Positions 23,805 to 36,557 of a DNA stretch of 64,000 nt are shown one piece after another. The translations under genes were made by a program, and so were the position numbers. The stretch is from Phoronis australis. Its lineage: Eukaryota > Animalia > Phoronida. The DNA lies in contig NMRA01000216.1 of NCBI GenBank assembly GCA_002633005.1, forward strand, positions 406,441 to 470,440. Direction: 5' to 3'. Numbering within the stretch: position 1 is the stretch's first letter; each line of letters opens with the position of its first letter. Under the pieces are notes generated by a model, which was not told where the DNA came from, ran no database searches, and saw only the letters and a list, made by a program, of their open reading frames with translations.

Positions 23805-26800
23805 TACTTCACCTTGGTCAATATTTACTTGAGCTTTTTGGCATACCTTTCAACTTTTCGTACTAAGCTTGCACAACCTTGTTTGTGATGAGGCAGGCAT
23901 TTATATTTTAATGCACTTGAAGGTGTGCAAGAGCTTTAAGGTTGTCACACGCAAACAGGTCATTACATAAGTGGAAACTCTGCCCGTTGTACAGCACCTT
24001 ACACTCCGTCAAAAGATAAGCACTAGAAACACTGTAGTCAAGACTAGCTAATGTTTATCAAGAACACTGCTCTTTGATTGGTCCCTTATGCACAGAGCAT
24101 TAGTAATGACTTGACTGCAATAACACACTGGCTAAAATAAATTGATATATCGTGTACAGAAATTAGTGATTTTTCAACTCATTTGGCTTTTGAAATTGAA
24201 GTCCTCGTGAAAAGTTAGGTTACGATCAATTTTTAGGAGAAGAAATACCAAACAAATTAGTCAAAATGAATGCGTCTGGTTTCGGCTGTCTGACACCCGT
24301 TAATGAAAGTAGTTCCAATAGATTTAAGTAACTCTGCACCCTGGCAGATAATTGGCCTGCGAGTCCTGCTTCTGGACATAAGACTGAAGAAACCTTCAAC
24401 AATAGGCTAGATTACGGTATTATCTGGATTTAGTCTCGATTTGAAAACCGTAGTCGACTAGAGTTGAAACAAAACGGGACATATTAGTATGTAACTTTAC
24501 TTAAGTAGGTTGGAGAAAGAGTCTTGCTTGAAGGGTATATTTAGCTAACCAATAATGTCATTCAAGCTTGCACAGCAGTGCTACAGAGGCAAGGTTTTCC
24601 AATTGCTGCTCATATTGTTGTGCTCTGAGTACAAACAAGGTTGACTACAAGGATGGAGAAAAGAAAGAACACTTTAATCAATACGTTATGGCCATGTGTT
24701 TTATTCAATTTCCTGTTTCGCCAATTTCTGCCTGAATGGTGTTCAAACCCTGAATCGTGTTTATAAGGAAATCTGGGCTAAATTTACGTACTGCAGGAAA
24801 TAGGGCATTCACAAACATTGAGTTCCAGTGGTATAAGTTATATTGAGATATGAATGATGTGGACACAGTAAGACATGTGATTAAGGTTTCAAATTTGTTA
24901 AATTAATCAACATTTAAGTCTTAGACATAAAATGAAATAGAAATCAATTGATTTTCAACTGCTGCAAATTCAACATTTTCGTATCTTATGTTTTGCGTAG
25001 TCTTTTTAAGGATGAGATGAGATTTTTACCACAAAATCTCACAGAATTAAGACACGATATGACGGACACAAGATAATTGTTTTTTCATTTTTTTCATACA
25101 AACGGCGGCAAACAATAAATGCTTTATCATTTTTATGTCCTATATGACAGCAAGCATCACAAAACATCAAGACAAATTGTGGTAATACACAACCATGTTA
25201 AAGCTTTCGAAAAATGAAGAAAGTTAATTTTGTTAGTAACCTAATTGTCATTTTTGTAGGAAATTGGAGCAATGTTACCTTAAAAATGTTTTTCCATTAA
25301 TTCCACATGATAGAATGTTACCTCTAGAGTAGGAATATTTCATAAATTACAAAATTAGCATTTGCATTTTCTAACAATCTTATAGAATTTAAATTTCAGA
25401 CCTTTTCACCCACGGCAGCCATTTTGCTAGTGCACCACCAGAAATTCAATACACATTTTAAAGGATTTTCTTTTAAATTCTACTTATTTTCGAAAAATGC
25501 ACTCATTTTGAAAAGCATTACTTGAGAATAAGGTTTTGACTAAATTGGTCACTGTTAAAATTTCCTTTGTAAAGTTCACCTAAATAAAAGAGAAAGAGTG
25601 TCTTTAAAACTGTACTCTGCTACAAACTTGCCGACACCCATTATAATAAGCATATAGCAAGAGGAATTAAAGGTACATTTTGCAATTACCTTGAGCTTCA
25701 TTTTTCCCCCGTTTTTACAAAAGCCATTTATTGTAATAATATTCCATTATGTCATAAGATTCTACCTTTATCACGGGAACATCAAAATCATGAGCGACAC
25801 GAGAAAACGCTTAAGAATCTATTGGGGTTCGCCAACCCTAGAATTGCGAATTCTGTAGGCATCGGCTATGACTCGAATTTTTTAGACTACAGCAAAGCAG
25901 GACGGAATGCAGCTCGAAGTTGTCAAGTCTTTCAATATTCAAAACAAAGAGCAAAGTTACTGGATGAAAACGTTAGAACTGTGCATGAAATCAATGAATA
26001 TTTCAATTTTTATACATCGCAATCTCTGCATGGGCAGCTCAAAAGATGCCTCATCGCCTTATAATTAACAGTTGTCCCTAAACTTAAGTATACTCATTAT
26101 AACAACAACTCTAAGACATAATGTAATACACACAGCATACACATTGTCATCTATCCCTCAATACTATTCGTTGCCTGACAACCAACCCAAGAGACCAGGT
26201 AACCTCAGGTAAATAAATCTATTACGTAGTATATTGCATTAATTTGGAAAAAACGTGATTATAATAGCAGTTCAATCTGTGTGATTTATGACGATTGGAT
26301 ACGCGCTCACGCAGTTCTGATCAAGACCGTAAAATGATTGAGCGGCGGAGAAACCCTGGTGTTTACCACACAACAAGAATATAAATGTCTAACGTCACGT
26401 CAAGAATAGCCATTTAATAGGAGCATTACAGTTACAAAATATATTAATGTAGATTTATCATCACCCTAGTGTTACTTCAGCTGAGGGTCATGAGTTCACT
26501 CCAAAATAATGTATGAACGTATATTCTATTCAGTAGAAAAACAAAACAATACAGAAACTTGCATGTGAACTTCACATTGGAATTCATGCACAGGTAAAAC
26601 TTCAGGGACATTTCTTTTAAATATAACCAAACAGAATAGCCTACAAGCAGTGTCGATAATGCAGTATCTAAAGTTTACATCCTCTTTATTTTTGCTCATA
26701 AGCTTGATGAAAAGAAATTTCAGCCCAGTTCATATACAGCTTGCATATTTATGCAACATTTTATACCCTGTATGTTGTCATGGAGACATGAGAATTTTCT

Positions 26801-27003
26801 AAATACAATTTTCAAAAATGAACTTTCAATTTCAGCAGTCCATGTCTTTAGAAATAGGTACAAGAGATCAATGGCATAAGATCACCTCCACCTGGCTGCA
26901 AATCTAAGGATATCCTATTCTCAAACGGATCTTTCGGATCTTTCGCTAGGAAATGCTTAGGATCAAAGGCAACAGCTACAAGAAAATGTAAACTAAAACT
27001 AAC

Positions 27004-27046
27004 ACAATGACACAACTGTAAATACTCTCTACTGACAGATCTGGCC
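27004..27046 (-). CDS. RAP1GAP: Candidate shared RAP1GAP exon (43 nt, phase 2-0) joining the alternative 5' exons to the GoLoco exon
   Basis: ctcactgtgtttcag|G GCC AGA TCT GTC AGT AGA GAG TAT TTA CAG TTG TGT CAT TGT|gttagt encodes (R)ARSVSREYLQLCHC. It supplies exactly the phase conversion needed. Confidence 0.55.
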
Positions 27047-29091
27047 CTGAAACACAGTGAGATCACAGATGAAGGCAAAGAACTTCGGTGTATTCAGTAC
27101 CCAAGGCGTGGAGTACGGAAATTGATTGTGTCATTGGAGTTACTTTTTTAAATGAAAACAAGGCTCTAATTTCCTGGCAGCAAAATGAACGCTTTGTATT
27201 CAGTCAATGCGAGAACTTCCTTTGGATATTTAAAATTACTCTTCTCCCTTCTTGTCAACATATCGCTAGCAAACATAGTGGAAGAAAACTCAGAAACACG
27301 CACTTTAAAAAAAAGGAGTCCAGACTCTAGCACAAAGGTAAGAAGCACAAAGGTAAAAAGTCTGCACTTGACTAGCTCTGCATTGCCAACAAACGCCTAA
27401 AATTGGCCTACCACACAATCCAAGCCAATAGTGAGGTGGTTAGGGGTCTGTGCAGGAATGTTGGTGTGTGACTTTCATAAACATTTAATCTAACCCAACG
27501 CACTATGGATTGGAAACTTTAATAGTGACAAAATCTAGCCTGCTTGCAATCGTTGTGGTTAACAGCGCTGGAAGATATTGTCAGATTTGTTACTAACACA
27601 AAGTGAGTTAAGAACGGTCTTCAAACAAAAAATATCCGCCAACAATTAGCATATTTCTTGCAGTGACTAGTTTAGAGTGTCCTCGCTGTTCAAGTAGGTT
27701 AATCTCGTTTTGATATTCTTCCGCAGCCAGATGTGGATGGCATGATATGCGTTCTTTATCTAACCAAAACAAAACTAGAGAAATAAAAAATAACAACAAA
27801 GAACATTTATGACAACCTTTTTAATGGTCATGTTATTGCACTTTACAAATACACAACTTCAATTTATAATTGTTTTGTTGATGGCACAGTACAAATTGAT
27901 TTCATGGATGATCAGTCCCAGCCAGGAGCCATTTTGTATATGGTGGATTACTTTGATAATTACAAGAGTTTAGATAACCTTAATTTTCAGATTTGGCTCT
28001 CATCAGCATGGTAGTTATGGTAATTGAGTTAGTGTATTCTGCTGACAAGCCCTCACAGAATGGTTACCAACAGAAAGTATTGACAGTATTCAAATTCGCA
28101 CAAACTATTTACCTTGTCTAGCTACCATGAGTATAGTCTTAACTGTTTTGGCTTATGATGCAGGGCATGTGGGGCTGCACCAGTCTTGCTCTAGAATTTA
28201 CTAGCAGTGTATACAGAATGAGTTCAACAATTCAAAAACAAACCAACTCAGTGCAAACGTACTCCCAAATCATGTTCTCTTTGACTAACACTGAAGTCTT
28301 TCAGTCAATGTAACATTTAATATAAAAATTTCAAGCTTAACTTTTTAATTTCTGGTGGTGCACAATGAAAATGCCCAGAACACAAGAATGACGCAAAGAT
28401 TGTATGAAATTGAAATCAAAAATGAAAATGCAAACAGGTTATGATTCGTGAAATGTTCCTATCTTAGGGATCTCGTTCCACTGATGAAACTCATTTTATT
28501 TTGTTCAGATATGGTGAAAACACAGGAAAGAGTATATGAAAATAAGCCACAGTTTAAACATAACAAGTGAAAGGGAACATACATTAACTAACCAACCAAC
28601 AGCAGTAAATATTTTCAGTTTTATGGAACCTGATGCAGGGTTCACAGCTGTGACTAACTAAAAACAGTCCTGACCTGTAAGTGATCTGAATTGTTCAGAC
28701 CACAGAAAGAGTATTGACACTCTGAGAATAAGGAATAGGCATCAGAGATTCAACACTGGCCAAGAATTAACTTTTTAAATAGTAAACAAAATAATAATAA
28801 CAATACTGGGTTTCTCATTTATTATAAAATAAATGGTTTATTTGTTTTAAAGACACAGCCTCTTGCATTGGTGACCCATTTGAAAGTGGAGCACAATTGC
28901 AAGAATGGCTTTTTCTATATCAAAATTCCTTAATTTTAACTTTATTTTAAAAGAGGAAGTTCTTAACAACAACAGCTATGATTGCTTAATTCACACTTTC
29001 AATACATACAGTTAAAATCCATTAGCATTATTAGTGACAACATGTCAGCCCTTCAGTACTTTGACTATGGTAAAACTGATAGTCAACCTAC

Positions 29092-29402
29092 CTCCACTTT
29101 TTAGAAGCTTTACTGGCCATTCGCCTGATACGAGGGGACAACGACATACTATCAGTCATACTACGTGGTCTCTGAAGCTTTGCAAGCTTCCTGTTATCAT
29201 CAATGAGGTCAGGTGTGGAGCTGCGGCCTGTGTAACCCGGCATAGAATTGGCGTCCGGTTGACGTCTCCCAACAAGAGATGTCAGCAGTGTTCTCTGTCG
29301 CTGTTTGGAATCCATTGTCTCGTCAGAGGTACCCCTCCAAGACCGGGTGCCGCACTCAGAGTTCTGACTCACTGCCTTACCGTTCTCTTCAACTGCAGAC
29401 AT
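29092..29402 (-). CDS. RAP1GAP: Candidate alternative first coding exon of RAP1GAP (103 codons + AG, disordered Ser/Arg-rich)
   Basis: In-frame stops upstream, ATG at 29402, MSAVEENGKAVSQ...QRPRSMTDSMSLSPRIRRMASKASKKW, donor GAG|gtaggt in phase 2. GC is higher than in the flanks. Confidence 0.7.
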
Positions 29403-31370
29403 GTCTGAATGTATCTATTACAGTTCCACCTCTAAGTTCACTTACAGGTGTTTCATGTGTGAAGTTCGTTAACAGGTGCAAACTGTGTTATCCAACAAGA
29501 GTGCCAGTTAGGTTGTCAGGTCCTGTTTATGCATTCTCTATGGCAGACAGTTGGTTATCAGGTTGTCTTCTTCGTCAACATCTCACATGGAAACTGACCA
29601 AGGAAGTTGGCACTCGCTTATCTCACTCAACACTCGCATTAAGCTCTGACTATGGGTAAAGACCTCAGCCAATCAGTGAACTCAGATCACGAATTAAAAA
29701 TTTCCCAGCCAACATTTCTACAATCACAGTTGAAGGAACCTATTAACACAACATCCAATCCAGCTCTGTGTACATCACAGCGTATTAAGGGATCAAGCTG
29801 AAGACTATGTTTCAAACCGCCTCAATCCAGACAGACTGCAGGACATAAGAACGAAGATGGTTGTCTATTAGCCAAACACTCCCTCTAAGCATTTGTTTAC
29901 GTCCAAACCACATCACAAGGCAAACTGGGTTGTCAAAAAGCCAAACAGGAATAAAAATGTCACTTAAAAAATTCAATATCATAGAAACACCGACAGCTGC
30001 GCGAGGAATGCATGTTTAGAGACCAAGTGGCGAATGAACTAGACATCTGTACTTGCCCGACATCTGCCCATGATAAAACCAGTTTGAAATGCCATTAAAC
30101 AGAAGGAAATTAATATTTCGCGGTCACTGGCTCTCCTAATGACTGAACCATTATTTAGCTGCCTTGGTCAAAACAATGATTTGCCTAATTAGTTTATCAA
30201 CAAGCAGATTTATTGAGTCCCTAGACTCAGAATAAGAGATTTGAAATCAAATGGGTATAAATTTGCTTACAAATCGTGGAGTCAAGCAAACATATGCTGA
30301 TATAATCAAATCTTATTTACCAACAAGTCTCGGTTGAAATTGACGTTAAAATTGTACTTATACATATTTTTACTCACCCAATTCAGAAAAAATAGAAAAC
30401 TGGCTTGTGTTCAAGCAGTGCTAATCCAAACTCTACTGGAAAAGTATTGAGAGGTTCAGTGACTGTTTTTGGTCCACTTACTGTATTCAGTCAAATGAAT
30501 CACTTCCTATGAGAAGTAACTAAAAACATGCTCTGTTCTCAAGAGTTTCCATTTTTGAGGGGGTGGGTTCCTGGGCATTAAGTTTCGTATCCTTTTTAGC
30601 TAATGTAGATCTAAATCAAATTTGTTAATATTTAAATAAACTTTGCTGGCTAACAAATCCCAGGGTAACGAGTACCTCAGAATCAACTTTGAAAATGTGA
30701 AACCCCAATCACTTTCAAAATGCCATTCACCAAATCGGATTCTCAATTTCATAAAAAGACATTACACACATGAATCAAATTTGCATTTGCTAAAATCTTG
30801 ATGTCTGTTGGCAGGAGACCGGAGGCAATAGAATTTACATATTCATTAAAACGATTATAAAGTAAACATTTCAAGGTAATGCAATGCGCCCTTAAACCAA
30901 GAGAGTGCCACTTTAATACTTGGAATTCCACACTTTGGCAACCCATACTGCATCAAAGCTGACCATTACAGACAGGAATGGTCTTCAAACCACAGGCATC
31001 ACCATAAAACACTAGAAGAGTCAAGTGCACAGACCATATCTTACACCAGCAGATAAGTAGGCTTCATTACCACATACTTGTATTAATGACAAGTTTATAT
31101 AATAAGATCCCTCATCAGACAAACTTTATTTGAACACTCTAAGACACCAAGCACACAGATTAGGGCTGAATTGGCTAGCTTAGCCACTGGTCAAACAACA
31201 GTAAGGTCAACGGTTGCAGGAGTTAAAAAAATAATGAGCACAGCTCCAGAAATCACTTTCGCATTATATCCTGGTTCTCATTCATTCCCTTGCATACATT
31301 CACAAGTAAGACTGAACTCAAAGAAAGAGACACCTTTGTGCAATGTTCAATTGTTTGCTAGTAAAGACAA

Positions 31371-31430
31371 GATTTGAACCCGGGTCTCTCCGGGAGTGCG
31401 GAGCTCAAACCACTGAGTCACGCTGTCTCC
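31371..31430 (-). mobile_element. tRNA-derived SINE head remnant
   Basis: Minus strand ggagacagcgTGACTCAGTGGtttgagc...ccgGGTTCAAATC contains Pol III A-box and B-box matches but no complete cloverleaf. Confidence 0.55.
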
Positions 31431-34384
31431 TCATGCAGTTGTTGGTCAACAATTTGAGACTTTACCCCAAGACTGCTGGTGACTGTCTGCCACCTTTCCA
31501 ATATTATAACAATTCTCAACTCATTTCACACAAAATGATTGCCAATCCTGTCATTTTTTTATTTTTTCAATGGCTGATTATTTTACTGCAAATTTACCAC
31601 AAGCTGTTTCATGATACATACACAGTATCATATGCTAGCAACAGACTAATTTTCTTAATCTTTATAATTTTTGTGGAAACATTTGACAAAACAAAACTTC
31701 ACTTTCGTGGCCATATCGCAAGCTAAATTATTGAATAATTACAGTAGATCCCTTACTTCAAAGAATTCCATTCACTATGAGAAAGCATGTAGCTTTTCCC
31801 ACTGGTCACGTGAAAGAGGTACGCACTAAAAACCAAGTAATAAAATCAACCATAGATTTGCACATCATTTACAAAAATGGAGCAAAGTGCAAGCTCAAGA
31901 AATTCTATGTAGGCCAATAAGAATTTTAGTATTTTTACATTATCCCAGCCAGATAATACCAACACTATGACAGCATAGATATTGATGGCTTTCCTTCAAC
32001 AACGTTAAGGGCTCTGAATAGCAATAGAGGGCGCTAACATTCAATGATGCAGGACAGTTGGAGGTTAGGAAATGTCCACAGTTTTGATAGCCACAGTTTA
32101 AATGTTCCTACATAAATTTGTTGCTTATTCACTAATGCAGTAACATAGAATTTACTTTAGACAAATTTCTCAAGAAGAATTATTCTAACAATTAAAGAAT
32201 AGGCTAGTTCCTAGCAGAGGCTAGACAGATCTGGTCATGACTGTTCACAAAAATTATTTGTTGAGTAACTTAGCAACGATGGTTGATACTTCCAATAAGG
32301 GCACAGATTGGTCTCCTCGTCTCAGTAATAATATCTAACCTGATGTCCATTTGATAACAACACCTTAATGAGCTCACTCTGTATGTACCTGCACTGAATG
32401 TGCGGCAATGATTGAAACCTTGTACTTAAGACTATACACTTGTCTTGGCGTTATACTGCTTACAGGATACTTAGAATTAACTCAGTCTTATTATGTACAG
32501 AATACTAGTGTAAGGTGAATTCTCTACAGTCTTTCATTAATTCGAAAGTAACGACACCTATCAGGAAAACGTCAACTCATATGACTATTCCAAATAAGGA
32601 AGTCAATATAGCCAGGAAGTTGGGGCTGTGTTTGGTAGACCTCAAAAGCTTGCACTTGCAGCAAAAAATCTTCTTATGCAACATGAAATTCAGTCTCACA
32701 ATTCAACACTCGAACCTCACGAGAAACTTAGTCTACATACTGCTCGCGGATCATTAAATCATGGGTAGTGAATGACATTAGTTGACAAACATAGTAGGCG
32801 CTCTTTAAAATAAAATAACATTCTGATAAATATTTGTATGAAAAACAACTGCATAGTCACGGCATTCAATGACAAGTTAGAGCTGAATGACAATTAATTA
32901 ATGTCAGAACAAAAAATTAATATTTACATACAGGTTTGGAACTTTCGACTGTAAAAAAATTTGCCAATGGAAACCACTGCCTGATCTCCTTCCAACTTTA
33001 TTACCCTGCTTGTAATCTGACTGTTTACAGTTTTTGCTATTTTGTTATTGTATAATGGTCTAATCAGTGACATGGCTCATCACAAAAATGCCCAAGTCTT
33101 TTATTTTTTTCTTTAATGAGAACAGTATTGTACATTGTCTGTTGCTTTATATTGCAATAAAAGAAGTCAACTTGAAACCGAATATGTAATTTTATCAAGA
33201 TGTTCCTCAAAAAATTCAAATAGAATGATTTCACTGGGTTTCAAAACTGTAGAAGGTTCATATTGACAGCTACAAACTGACTACACCTGCGAGCACATTT
33301 TAAGATAAACTGATCAAAATATCCCTGTTAATGGCAAAACACTGTAATTAGAAGGCAAAGGTCAGCATGATAAGATTGTAATTCTGGGATCTAATAATAG
33401 TATTTGAAAATCTTTTAAAATATCACCACATTGTCAACTACTAGCCATCAATCAAAGCACTAAATTCACTTTCTTGATGGCAAGAAATCAAAATAAAGTC
33501 CCCAACTTATAAGTCAATATACAACTAACTGTTATTAACCACACTAAGGTTGTATCTGAGTGAAACATGTCTCAGTTTTGCTTACGGTGACATCTTTTGG
33601 TGAAAACGCTCATCCCTTGACACACATAATTATGCATGCAGTCACAGAATGCTGACTGTCATGCATAATATGAAGGAAAGGGAAGCCTTGTTGAGGGCAA
33701 AAGCACATAATTTAGGTTCCAGAATTTTGTTAGGCTCCTCACCGTATAGGGAGGGACATTGAAAGGAACACAGGACATGAACCTGCACTGCATTACGTCT
33801 ACAATATATGCAACTAGTGGTTCAGAGAAGTCATAATTGATATAAAATAGTGGCAGAAAGATTAAAATAAAACCGTAAAATTACATTCATACAGACGTTT
33901 TGTTTTGCCTTGCACTGGACTGTTAGCTCTTACTTCAACAAGTTACCTACCAGCTGGATATATCAAACTTCAAAAGTGAGTGCAACAGAACCCCACTATG
34001 AGTTATAATCTAGGAAAGGAACCAAACCGCATACTAAAAAGCTTTCACAGGGCAATGATTTAGCAGTTTAGTGACAGGACAAGGCAGTATGCCAATATAT
34101 CCTAAACAACACATGGGACAACGGGTACCCACCTACTGAAAGAGAAGCAATTCAGGCAAATGTGTCTATATACTCATGTGCTGACACCTGCCCATTCATG
34201 AGGGCTCAGGTATTCAGAATCCAAAGGGTAATGAAAAAAACATCTTCTCACCCAGGACCATAAACCCTTTGTTGAGCTGTATTTAAGTTACACAGTCCAA
34301 CTGGTCAGTTGCACTGCTAAGAGCAGTGTTCACAAAGAACAACTTTCACTGACCTTGTGTGTCATTTACTTCATTAAGTCAAGT

Positions 34385-34517
34385 ACCCCCCCCCCCTAAA
34401 ATTCTCCTAGATTCCATTTGGCAGTGCGGTAGTGCAAATGTCTGACAGGAAAATGCTGGATAATACTCTGCACTCTGCCTTGGCCTCCCCTAACTCGAAA
34501 TCCTGGATGTGCCCCTG
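34385..34517. mobile_element. MITE family A, truncated copy
   Basis: cccctaaaattctcctagattccattt...aaatcctggatgtgcccctg, similar to 304-462. Confidence 0.8.
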
Positions 34518-36342
34518 GTTGCTACCTCCAAGCCCACAATGGAAACAAAATTTAGTTCCAATGCAGGTGCGTTGGTTTAAATACGCGCATGACAATAACA
34601 ACAGTTATATTTTATAGCAAGTATATGTGAGTACTGCGAGTAATAACATTGACATTCATGAAATGCGAGCCGATTTAAAGTACGGCAAAGCTCCAACTTA
34701 AATCGGCTTGCATATCACATATTTACCATAAACTCATATTCTAACAAACTTTCTAATATCCTCATTTACCAAATCTGCTCCAGGTGAGTTGACTAGCCGC
34801 AAAACAGATGTTTTCCTAAAACTCAAATTGGGGACTGTAAAATTTCTTCGTCCTGTAAACCCTTAAAATACAGTTATTTCTTTCACAAAGTTTATTTTAA
34901 AAAACACAACTGTCAAAACTGTATCCAAAATAAAAAATCATGTAATACATAAATTCGAATCCATTGCTAGTGAAAAATTTGTAACCATTACACATATAAG
35001 AGAGTTCCGTAGCAGCCCTTCATTGCCACAAACTTGGGTGAAGACACAACTGTACTTCTTCATTTTAGACAGCTCAATACGTATACTCTTAGGTAGTCTC
35101 TATACAATCTGCTGTCTTCAGGTGTGTAGTTGTGAAGCAAAATTGAGATACCCTGGCGTACGTGAGCTTGCTTCATGTTGTTTTTAAACAAAGCTGTTTA
35201 ACACAACATCTACATTTGTAAAAATGCTCGTTTTTTAACAAGTTATGAGATTGAAGAAATTAAGACATCCATTCAAAAAAGCATTTTGCATCATGACACC
35301 TAGAAGTATTCGTATCTACGAACAATAAACTTACTAGTTAGCATATGATCTTGTCTGGGCTTCAAAAAGCTTTAACCAGCTGGGAGTTGTTTACAAACAG
35401 TCCTCTGATCCAAGCTAGCTTTATCTTAAACCCTTATGACATATAGTATTTTGAGCCCTCCTTCCTCAATGAACTAGCTGTTAACTTTGTTTTTCAAAAT
35501 AAATTTAAAAAATATTTTATCAGTTTTATTTCTGGTAAGAAATGGTCTCGGGGCTGGGCAGGGGGGTCAACAAGTGCACTATTTTTAGAAAAGTGAGTTT
35601 TTAAAATTGTTTTTTCTGGCTACCAATGGAAGAAATATGCTGCTAGGCAAGCTGTTCATTTGTTCACCTATTTCTTCCATCTTGGTTTGATAAATTTCTG
35701 ATATCATATGTTGTAAATTAGTGGTGAAGTTTACTTCTAGCATCCTAAATTTGGTAACACAAAGTCTAACTTCCACCACTCAAGGTGAAAGACCTCGTTG
35801 AAACTTATTTCTGACAACCAAACTACAGTTATTGCTTACATGAATGAAAACTTATCGCCTACTTGAATGAAAATGGAAATCTTAATATAAGACAGATTGG
35901 CCTTATTGATTCAAAGCCAACTTGAAAACAAAATTATATTAGACTTCAAGACGTGCAAATTTTTCGTGAACTTGCTTCAAGAATAAGAAATGGTTGCTTG
36001 CCTACAACAGCTGACACTAACTGGCACTTTCACTGTCAAGTTTGTCTGAAACCTTGTGAATAAATCTTAATTACATCAATAAAACCTTCATAAAATTTAA
36101 ATGCTTCTTGTTGCTAAGTATTTAATCTTTTCCTTGAAAGTGTAAAAACTGCTTTCCCATCTTCAAAATGTTGTCTACCATAATAACAAGTTACTCTTTG
36201 GCCAATCGAGGACACTTAACTAAAAACTTCATTTTGTGTATTTTTAACACTTCTGCATCCTAATTTGCATAATTTTTAATAATTGTGAAAGCAAAAAATA
36301 AATGACCTTTGTGACTGTTGGCGTGTTATTTGGGATCTTCTA

Positions 36343-36557
36343 TAGTATCACTGTTGTATACGGTAGTATCACTGTTGTGTAGTATCACTGTTCTATAGTA
36401 TCACTGTTGTGTAGTATAACTGTTGTGTAGTATCACTGTTGTGTAGTATCACTGTTGTGTAGTATCACTGTTGTGTAGTATCACTGTTGTGTAGTATCAC
36501 TGTTGAGTAGTATCACTGTTCTATAGTATCACTGTTGTGTAGTATCACCGTTGTGTA
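36343..36557. repeat. Minisatellite, 16-bp unit tagtatcactgttgtg, about 13 copies
   Basis: Directly visible head-to-tail repeats with variants (ttcta, ataac, tgag). Confidence 0.97.

Noticed and set aside
26848-26978. Strong-looking acceptor (ttttcttgtag) and open frame just after the 27004 exon
   Set aside because: The intron would be only about 25 nt, and the open frame offers no phase-0 donor to join the GoLoco exon.
29034-29659. Plus-strand 124-aa and 126-aa ORFs
   Set aside because: They are antisense shadows of the GC-richer minus-strand exon, with non-ATG or weak starts and no domain.
31371-31430. tRNA gene
   Set aside because: It has A and B boxes only, with no complete acceptor or anticodon stems, so it is treated as a SINE head.
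36343-36557. Regular short repeats as a CRISPR array
   Set aside because: They are head-to-tail 16-mers with no unique spacers and no cas genes, in a eukaryotic context. This is a minisatellite.
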